A stretch of DNA of 63,227 nucleotides, counting the filler, from Chrysochromulina tobinii (taxonomy: Eukaryota): NCBI GenBank assembly GCA_001275005.1. It is 5 parts of 5 records of this genome, joined end to end, with 100 filler letters (N's around TTAATTAATTAA, not from the genome) between each part and the next. Parts side by side here need not be neighbours in the genome. Positions count along the whole stretch, not along the records: positions 28,319 to 47,414 come from JWZX01001378.1; positions 47,515 to 57,030 come from JWZX01001380.1; 3 more parts are not named here. One strand, given 5' to 3'. The notes beneath the pieces are model-generated. The model saw nothing but the letters and a program-made list of their open reading frames with translations. It searched no databases and was not told the origin of the DNA. Below are positions 44,356 to 53,600 of this stretch, piece by piece. Position 1 is the first letter of the stretch, and each line of letters begins with the position of its first letter. Made by a program: the position numbers and the translations under genes.

Positions 44356-45516
44356 TCACTGCCAGAGCCTGAACATGTGCGGGGACCACAAAAGGAGCAG
44401 CGTCGAGAGTCCCGCGACGCCCAGTCCCACTACCGCTCCGCCGGCGCGCTTATGGTGCTGCTCCGCGTCGCTCGTCGACCACTGCCGGGGAGGCGCCACG
44501 AAGACAGATATGTCCCTCCGAGCGGCCGCGCCGCGCGGTTCGAAGCCGCTCGCTCGCCGGAAGATGACCGTGGGCGTCGGCTGCACGTCGGCAGTTGCGA
44601 AGCTGAGGATCTGCATGGTTCCCGAGTCAATCAAGAGTGTGCGTCTTTGCGCTTCGGCGAAGACAAAGGCACATGGGCGTGAGAGCCCAAAGCTCAAGAC
44701 GGGCTTCAATTCAGTCATATTCGCGCCCACATCCGCGCGACCAAGCGTGGCTGGGCGCAGCTGGTCGAGCACGTAGAGGTGTGCGCTCGTGCGCTCGATG
44801 GCAATCGCAATCGGGATGGCCACCCCAGCTACAATTTGGGCCACGCTCGACCCGATGACTCGCCCAACGGCGTCGATGAGAGCCGATCGCACGCATCCAG
44901 CGACCATATCCGCCCAGTAAATCCGCCCCGCATGATAAGTGAGGCCGCCCATCAGCTGCACACCATGGAGGACAACCGTGGGCGCGCCATTGCACACTGC
45001 CGCACCGCTCCCGCCCGCGCGGAGTCGACAGCGCTGGATCATGTTGGCGGCCGAATCGCCCCAATAAAGGATCGCCCCTCCATCGGTGATCGCGTCCGCA
45101 CTAGCATCTAAGGCGACATGCTCAGGCCGTAAAAGATTCTGAGCGACTATCCGCATGTTAGAAGAATCAAACCTGAGCCCAAGGATGACGCCAGCGCCTG
45201 CGTCGGTCCAGTAAATCGTATCTGCGCCGAAACCAGTGGCCTCATGGAGGACGATCCCGGATGGTAGTACGGAGCGGTTGCGGCCCTCTAAAGTGGGACT
45301 CACACCCAAGGCGACGAGGTCGGCTAGTCCGTACGCGAACGGGGTCCTCATCGTATACGTTCTTGTATTGAAAGCTCGAATTTTTGCCGAAGATCCGTCG
45401 ACCATGGTGAGAAGAACAGTATCGATCGCGAGGCCTTCGATGAAATCATAAGCTGACTGCTGACCAACGGAGCAGACGGCACCGGCGAGGAGCAGCCCTA
45501 AACTCTTGTGTTCCAT
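44356..45516 (-). CDS. Secreted/membrane-anchored YWTD-type (LDLR class B-like) beta-propeller
   Basis: Signal-like N-terminus, IYWTD/LYWGD/IYWAD/LYVLD blades and a C-terminal hydrophobic segment. Confidence 0.75.
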   Translation of the reverse strand: MEHKSLGLLLAGAVCSVGQQSAYDFIEGLAIDTVLLTMVDGSSAKIRAFNTRTYTMRTPFAYGLADLVALGVSPTLEGRNRSVLPSGIVLHEATGFGADTIYWTDAGAGVILGLRFDSSNMRIVAQNLLRPEHVALDASADAITDGGAILYWGDSAANMIQRCRLRAGGSGAAVCNGAPTVVLHGVQLMGGLTYHAGRIYWADMVAGCVRSALIDAVGRVIGSSVAQIVAGVAIPIAIAIERTSAHLYVLDQLRPATLGRADVGANMTELKPVLSFGLSRPCAFVFAEAQRRTLLIDSGTMQILSFATADVQPTPTVIFRRASGFEPRGAAARRDISVFVAPPRQWSTSDAEQHHKRAGGAVVGLGVAGLSTLLLLWSPHMFRLWQ

Positions 45517-45665
45517 GTGAATCTCGGCGCCAAAACGGTCGTGAATTCACAACATTTCGCCAAGGGGCCAAGGACGACGTCCCACTGCCTGGTCAATGAG
45601 TTGTGATTGTCTAGAGGAGTGTGAATGACGTAAACACGACATTTCGCAATCTCTCTACTGAGGTC

Positions 45666-46091
45666 ATGACCTCCGTCATGCGCTTCGCCGCCCTTCTCCT
45701 CGCGCTCATCGTGCAGTGTGATGGCCTCGTTCTCGGCGCACGCTCAGCGTCACTTGCGCCACGGACCTCGCTTGTGAGACTGGAGGCGCCGCCGCCACCA
45801 CCGAAGGGCAAGCTCGGCGCCACCATCGACCAGGATGGCAAGAGCAACGTCTGGGTGAGCACGCCCCTCACGCAGGCCCCACCAACAAAACACTGTCCGT
45901 GTTGCTGGTGACTGCGTTCTGAGCTGCCCCATACTCGGCCCACTGCGCAGGCTGTGGAGCCGTCGATGAAGGTCGATAAGAAGGACAAGGGCTTGATGGC
46001 CTTCGCGCCTGTCGCAGGCGTCGCCGTGCTTGCGCTTCTTGCGATCCCGCTGCTGCCCTCGCTGTTCGCCGCAAACCCGGACCAGGTCTAA
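45666..46091 (+). CDS. psb34: Plastid-targeted Psb34/Ssl1498-like small thylakoid protein (intron 45855-45950)
   Basis: Signal + transit peptide; spliced DQDGKSNVW|AVEPSM motif followed by one TM helix. Confidence 0.6.
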
Positions 46092-46420
46092 GCGGATATG
46101 CCGCAACGTGCGAGCACCACGCACGCACGCGGCGTTAAAGTTCCCTATCGGCGCGAGGTATAGCCGCCATGCCTTGCCTAAGCCTTTTGTCGTGTGCATG
46201 ACCTCCAATACACCTATTGCGTTCTTGTCCAAAAAACTACATTCTGATGGGTTGCTTGGAAACCGGACCTTATTGGACGTGATGCACCCATCGGCGGACG
46301 TACTAACCTACAAGATGCGTGCGCGCCAACCGGTACAGGTCGCTGTTCGGTGCTGACCGGCTCGGTCAACCGTGGTCTCCCCACTCCCGTCTCGTCTTCC
46401 GAGACGGGCACGCAGACGGC

Positions 46421-46508
46421 CAGTTCAGTTCAGTTCAGTTCAGTTCAGTTCAGTTTTCGATAGGCTTCCGTTAGGTTGTCTGTTGTTTATGTAGTAACTG
46501 AACTGAAC
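46421..46508. repeat. (CAGTT)7 with inverted (AACTG)n partner
   Basis: cagtt x7 at 46421-46455; aactgaactgaac at 46496-46508; similar motif near 57233. Confidence 0.85.
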
Positions 46509-46713
46509 CGAGACGGCCACGCTCGGGGCTCGCGCGCGGCGCGCGCGCGCAGCGGCCAGCGCGAGCACAGCACAGCACAGGGCGGACAGGGGGGTTCGGG
46601 CGAGGGGGGGGGTGGTGGGGGGCACTCGTTCAGTAGTGACGCGTCATCTTGCATGCTTTCGACCTGAATCGACGGGTACAAACGGACAAGGCGTGCGTTT
46701 CCACTCAAAAGCC

Positions 46714-47414
46714 ATGCGATCTGCGATACTTGCTTTCCTTCCCCTCTTGTCCGTCGCGGTGCACACCCTCGTCCCGCCTGTGTGCAACGCACCAACGGGC
46801 TGCTACTGCAACGACCCGCTAGCCGTCAACTTTGAGCCTGGAGTGAGCAACCCTTCTGGTACGCACCACAGCGCACCGCCCACCTGACAGCACACACGTC
46901 ACACCAACCAGAGCGGTGCCATGCTCACTGCAGCTCGCACGCCACCGCAGGTCACGTCGACTACGGTGGGCGCATCGAGGCTCCATGGTTCTGCCAGAGA
47001 GCGGTGCGTGGCTGCATGGACCCTGCCGCCAACAACTACCGCGCCGATGCCGAGTTGGATGACGCCTCCATGTGCAGCTACGGTGGGTGCAACGACACGG
47101 CTGCCGCCAACTACCTCGCGCGGGCGACGTATCACGACGGCAGTTGTTCCTATGAGCGCGTCGGCTGCACTGATCCGAACGCAGACAATTACCACCCCGC
47201 CTTCACTGTCTCGTGCGCGTGGGCGCAGCCACCGCCCAAGGCACCGTTTCCGAGGCCGCCTCCGAGGCCGCCACCGCCGCCGAGCCCGAGGCCGCCGCCC
47301 AGCCCACCTCCCAAGCCACCGCCCCTTCCAAGCACCCCACCTCCGCTGTCACGTCCGCCGCCGCCTTCGCCGCCGCCCGTTCCACCGCCCTTTCCGCCAC
47401 CACCGTCCCCGCGT
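46714..47414 (+). CDS. Secreted Cys-rich GCxDPxAxNY-repeat/Pro-rich protein, 3' truncated (intron 46859-46950)
   Basis: Signal peptide; YCNDPLAVNF, GCMDPAANNY, GCNDTAAANY and GCTDPNADNY repeats; Pro tract runs into the gap. Confidence 0.75.
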
Positions 47415-47514
47415 NNNNNNNNNNNNNNNNNNNNNNNNNNNNNNNNNNNNNNNNNNNNTTAATTAATTAANNNNNNNNNNNNNNNNNNNNNNNNNNNNNN
47501 NNNNNNNNNNNNNN
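47415..47514. other. Assembly linker
   Basis: N run with TTAATTAATTAA. Confidence 0.97.
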
Positions 47515-47686
47515 CGAGCGACGCGACCGCTGCGTGGCAGTGTTTCGCGTGGTAGTGGCTGGTCGGTACCTTGTGTGTCGATTCAACTGACCCTTTCTCA
47601 AATTGGTGGCTTTGTTCGTCTACAATGGTAGGAGGGCACGACCTTCCTATTGGCCTGGTCGTCCGAGGAAGACCAGCTGAGCAGCC

Positions 47687-50600
47687 ATGGTGGTGCATGG
47701 AAATGCCGAGATCCCCAAACTCGTCGCGCAGATGGCGTCAGGCACCATGGCCGAAAAGGAGAAGGCCTCGGGCTATCTCAACCGGATCCTTCAGGCGCAC
47801 CCGGATCAACGGGCCAAGAATGCAGACGCGATGATCAAGGAGGGCGTGATCGCACCGGCACTGGCGCTGCTCAAGGAGGGCAATGCACCTGGCCAAACGG
47901 CGGCCTCGGGCATCATCTACTGCATCGCCGAGGGAAACCGCGAAATCCAGGTGCAGGTCGTCCAGGCGAATTGCATCGAGCCGCTGGTGAGCATCCTGAA
48001 ATCGGGCAGCCCGGGCGCGCAGGAACACGCGGCCGGAGCGGTGGCGAGTATCTCGGAGGACATATCGACGCAGAGGCCGCTTATGAAGGCAGGCGCCATC
48101 CCACCACTCGTGCAGCTGCTCCGCTTTGGCTCAGCCAGCGCGCAGGTGCACGCGTCGAACGCGGTCGCGCACCTGTCGGCGGGCAACTTGCAGGGGCAGA
48201 ACCAGATCGCTGCGGCCGGCGCGATCCCGTTGCTGCTCAAGCTGCTCGAGAGCGGCAAGGCGCAGATGGCGGCGGCATTCGCGATTGGGCGTCTGGCCGC
48301 GGGTCACGCGCTCAACCAGTTGGCCATCGCCGAGGCAGGTGGAGTCGCACCGCTGCTGTCGCTGCTGAACGTGACGAGCGTGGAGACGAACGTGGAGGCG
48401 GCGAACGCGCTGCTCGAGCTCGCGCGCGACAACCAGCTCACTCAGACCGCGATCGCCAAGGCAGGCGGCATCGGTCCCTTGCTCGCGATGCTTCCAAGTC
48501 GTTCCGCGATGGCGCAGAGTCGTGCGGCCGGTGCGCTCGCGCAGCTGGCACGCTTCAATCGGGAGAATCAGGACTCGGCCGCGCGACAGGGGGGGCTGCC
48601 GCTCCTCGTCGGTCTTCTGCCCGGCACGAGCGGCGCGGAAGTACAGGTGAGTGATGCAGCTAATGGCTTCTTAGTGCCTGACTGATTGCGACTGATTGAT
48701 ACTGATTGAGGCTGATTGCACGACCTCGGTGGTGCAGGCGATGTCCGCTCTCGCCATCGCCGAGATCTGCCGAAACAACAAGGGCAACCAGGATCTGCTG
48801 TACGACTTAGGTTGGCTCCCACCACCCACGCACCCCGAACCCGAACCCGTACCCGTACCCTAACATGACCTGCTGTCTGACGCACCCGGAGCCCGAGCCC
48901 TAACGATCCCGTACCCGTGCCCTTACCGTACCTGCTGTCTGACCATAGGCGGCATCCCACCACTGACGGTGCTACTCAAGCACAAGGAGAGCGCGGAGGT
49001 GCGCGCGGAGGCGGCGGGGGCCGTGTATTGTCTGGCCGATGGGCACGAGAACAACAAGACTTCCATCGCCTCCGCGGGCGGCATCAAGCCGCTCATCACG
49101 TTGCTTGGCAGCGGCACGGCGCGCGCGCAGGAGCACGCTGCCAACGCTCTCGCGAGCCTCTCGTTCGGCAACGTTGAGAATCAGGTGATCTGATGACCGC
49201 TGATGGGCGCTGATGGCCTCTGATGGCCTTTGATGGCCTCTGATGGCCTCTGATGGCTTCCTCTGATGGCCTCTGATGGCCTCCTCTGATGGTCTCTGAT
49301 GGCCTCCTCTGATGGCCTCTCACGGCCTCTCATGGCCTCTGATGGCCTCTGAGTGCGTCATGATTGCCTGTGCTCGGCCAGATGGTGATCGTGGCGCCGC
49401 TGCTCGAGATGCTCAAGCTGGGAAACGCCGATGCGAGGACGCGTGCCACGACGGCGCTCTGGCGGATGGTGCACGAGAACCCGGAGCAGCAGCGCGAGAT
49501 TGCAGCTGCGGGCTTCGTCAATCCGGCTGACCTCGTCCACCTGCTGCGTGAAGGCGTACCGGCGGCCAAAGAGTTTGCGCTCTGGTCCATCTCCCTCGCG
49601 ACGGATGAGACCAACCAGAGAATGATTATGGAGGAGGGAGGGATCCGACCGCTCGTGGCGGCACTGATGGCGCCCGCTGTGGAGCAGCGCGAGCATGCGG
49701 CCGCTGCCCTCGCACGCCTCGCGACCGGCTGCAGCGAGACGCAGCTTGCAATTGCGCGTGAGGGTGGCGTGGCGCCGCTCATCGCGCTGCTCGACGCCGG
49801 CATGGGCTCGCAGTCGACCCAGGTCAAGGCCGCAAGGTGCCTCGCGCTGATGGCCGAGCAGAGCGAGAATAAGGACGCGATCGTGGCCGCGGCCGCCGTC
49901 TCCCAGCTGGTGAGTCCCATTGATGGGAGATTGAGGAAGAGATTGATCGGGGAGATTGATCGGGAGATTGGTGGGGAAAAGTCTCGTCATATGGCCTCTG
50001 ATGCCCACTGCTTGCGCACTCGTGGCCGCCGTCGCCGTCTCACCCGCTGGTGGCGCTCCACTCTGACGAAACTTCTGATCACTTGCCTGGATGGCCTCAC
50101 TGAGTGCGTCACTGATTGCCCCGTTCATCAGGTGGCGCTCCTCTCCGACGGTGAGACGGAAGCGAAGCGAATGCGCCGCCGCGGCGCTCGCGCGGCTCGC
50201 CCACAACGACGCGCAGACGCAGCTGGCCATCGGCGAGGCGGGTGCGATTGCGCCACTGGTCAATCTGCTAAGAGGCGATCGAGGCGAGACGGCGCAGGAG
50301 GAGGCGGCGGGGGCCCTGTTTGAGCTGGGCGCACAGGCAGTCAACCGTCTTGCGATCACGGAGAGCGGCGGCATCGGGCCGCTCGTCGTGCTGCTCGGAT
50401 GCAGTAACGCCAAGGCGCGAGGGCACGCGATCGGGGCGCTCTCGCGCCTGTCGATCGAGAATGCGAACCGCGTCCTCATCATCAAGCAGCTCGTCTCGAT
50501 GCTCAGCGACCAGGGCGCAGGCGCACAGGAGCAAGCGGCCGCCGCGCTCGCCAATCTTGCGAGGGACTCCGCGGACAATCGCGTCTCGATCGTGGACGCG

Positions 50601-53600
50601 GGTGGGATCGCGCCGCTGCTTGCGCTGCTCGATAGTGACTCCTCTACGGCGAAGGAGAACTCGGTCCGCGCCTCGGATGGCCTCTGATGAGCACAGATGG
50701 TCTCGGATATGGCCTCTGATTGCACGGCCAAGGAGACCTCGCCCACCGTGGGCGGTCGCCCAGCATGCACATGCTCAGCACGACGCCCCACTTCCCCCTT
50801 CCCCACAGGTGCGCGCCCTCTCGCAACTCGCCCATCGCTCGTGGGCGAACCAGGCGGCGATCGCCAAAGAGGGCGGCATCCCGAAGCTGGTCAACGTGCT
50901 CTCGTCAGCGGTGTCGAACATCAAGGACGTGGCGGCGGCGGAGCTTTGCTCTCTCGCGGCGGCGGCTGTGAATGAGATGTGCAAGGGCAATGCGCCCAAC
51001 CAGGCCGCGTTCTCGTCGAATGAGGCAAACGCCATCACGCCGATCGTACAGATGCTCGGCAACCCCGACCCGCAGATGCAGGCGAGTGCGAGCGGCGCCC
51101 TCTCAGAGTGCATGCTGTGTGCATCTCTGAGTGCATGCTGATTGCCTCCCTCATCAGGCGAATGCGAGCGGCGCCCTCTCAGCCCTCGCGCGCGGCAGCC
51201 CAGACAACCAAGCGGCCATCGCACGCACAGGCGCCATCGCGCCTCTGTGTACGCTCGTACGCGACGGCTCGCCCGAGACGAAAGAACAGGCGGCCTCCGC
51301 CCTCTGGTCACTCTCGAACGAGAACGCGCCGAATAAGGCCACGATCGCCAAGCTGGGCGGCATCGAGCCACTCGTGGGCTTGATTGTGAGCGGCGCGTCC
51401 GAAAAGTCCGTAGCCAATGCGGCTGGTGCGCTCGCGTCGCTCGCGGCGAAGCACACCGAGAACCGCTCGTCGGTGGCGAAGCGGCTTGTGGCGCTGCTCA
51501 ACGGCAAGGTGGCCGAGCGGGCGGTGCGCGTCATGTCAGCGATCTCGACTCTCTGTGCGGACAACCAGGCAAACCAGCTCGCGATTGCCAAATTTGGAGG
51601 CATCCCGCCTGTGATCGGCTGGCTCTCCTCACCCGACCCAGGGGCGCAGAAGGCGGCGGCGTTCGCGCTGCTCCATCTGGCCAAGGAGAATACGACGACG
51701 CAGGTGCTCATTGCCAATATGAATGCCTCTCATTGCCTCTAATAGCGCCTCTAATTGCCTCCTCGACGCAGGTGCTCATTGCCAATATGAATGCCTCTCA
51801 TTGCCTCTGATTGCCTCTAATTGCCTCCTCGACGCAGGTGCTCATTGCCAATATGAATGGCATCCCGCCGCTCGTGCAGCTCGTCTCTTACGGCTCCATC
51901 GAGGCCCAGGAGTCGGCCGCGCGCGCGCTCTGGCACCTCGCATCATCCAATGAGGCGAAGGAAGCGATTGCGGAGAGTGGCGGCATAGGGCCGCTCGTGG
52001 GCATGCTCTCCGTCGAGGACGAGCGCTCCCAAGAGATTGCGACGGTGACCATCTCGCGCCTCGAGGATTCCCCGTCTGATGAGGCGCGATTCACCGTCTG
52101 ATGAGGCGCGATTCCCCGTCTGATGAGTATCCTCCTCTTCCCCATCTACAGGTGACCATCTCGCGCCTCGCGCGTGGCAACCTGAAAGTGAGCATGACCA
52201 TCGCGGAGAGCGGCGGCATCGTGCCGCTCGTGCGTCTCATTTGCTCGGGAGATCGCTCCGGAGATCGTCACATGAGCTCGGGGCAGACGGTGCTCCAGGC
52301 GACGGCCGCCCTGCATGCAAGTGCTCACCACGGCGCCATTTCCCCACAGACGGTGCTCCAGGCGACGGCCGCCCTGGCCGAAGTGAGCCTCGTACCTGCC
52401 AATCGCGAGCTGATCGCACGCGCGGGCGCCATCCCCGCCCTCGTCTCGCTCCTCGCGAGCTCCGTCGCGGGCACTCCGGAGACGGCCGCTCGAGCGCTCG
52501 GGCACCTCGCCCGAGACGGCGCGCTCAAGCTGCCGCCGAGCGACGACGCGGCCGCAGCAGCTGTGAACGTTCACACATCCTACCCCGACACCGGCGGCCG
52601 TCCCCGGCAGCCATCTCGCGAGATCGGACGCGAGATCGGACGCGAGATCGGACGCGATCTCCCGACCGATCTCCCGCCGCCGCCGACGGGTGAGTGCGCC
52701 CTTGCGCCCGACGACGGCGCTCGAGACGGCGCGCTCTTCGACGGCGCGGCGCGTCGCCGCCTGATCCGTACATGCGGCGGCGTCAGGCACCTTGTCCAAC
52801 TGCTCGACCCGGTGAGCGCGATCGAGCTTCAGAATGAGGGACGAGAGGCCAAGAGCAGCAAGCACTTGTGGATGGGCGTCAAAGCTGTGGCTACGGTGTC
52901 CAGCGCTGTGCCGAGCGCTGTGCCGAGCACGGTGACGAGCGCTGTGCCGAGCGCGGTGTCGAGCGCTGTGCCGAGCGCGATGTCGAGCGCTGTGCCGAGC
53001 GCGGTGTCGAGTGCCGTGCCGAGCATGAGTACGGAAGGCTCCGCGGACCCCGAGCTGGTTGTGGGAGTGCAGGAGGCGGCAGCGGCGGCGCTGGCGGACC
53101 TCGCATACGGTGATGAGGAGATCCAGGCGGCCATCATTCAGGCGGGGGGCGTGGTGCCGTTGCTCGCGATAGTCCGGGGCGTTTCGTCAGCTTTGTCGAT
53201 TGCGTCGGGAATGAGCTGCGCGATCTCGGCGGGCGCCCAGGAGCACGCCGCACGTGCTATCTGGAACTTGGCCGCCTCGCCTGACAATCAAGACGTCATC
53301 GTCGAGAACGGCGCCATCCCCGAGCTCGTGACCCTAGTACGTGATGGCTCGCCCAGAGCGCAGGAGGTCGGGGCGGCGGTGCTATCCGAGCTCGCACACG
53401 GAGCGGTGCTGCTGCACCAGAGGCTACAGCTGCAGCAGAGGGCGCAGCTGCAGCACCAGACAGAGGAGCAGCTGCAGCGGAAGGTGGATGCGGGAGGCGA
53501 CGGCGGCGTGGCAACGGCTGAGGAGGACGACGACGTGGAGCCGTATGCAAGTGCTCACCACGGCGCCATTTCCCCACAGGACGACGACGTGGAGCCGTAT

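Noticed and set aside
51696..51859. CRISPR-like spacing (30-nt repeats, 36-38-nt spacers)
   Set aside because: Spacers are near-identical satellite, the repeat is coding sequence of a eukaryotic gene, and there are no cas genes.
52895..53030. SAVP/SAVS 12-nt tandem repeat as an intron
   Set aside because: In frame, with no filler or convincing acceptor; treated as an ordinary coding minisatellite.
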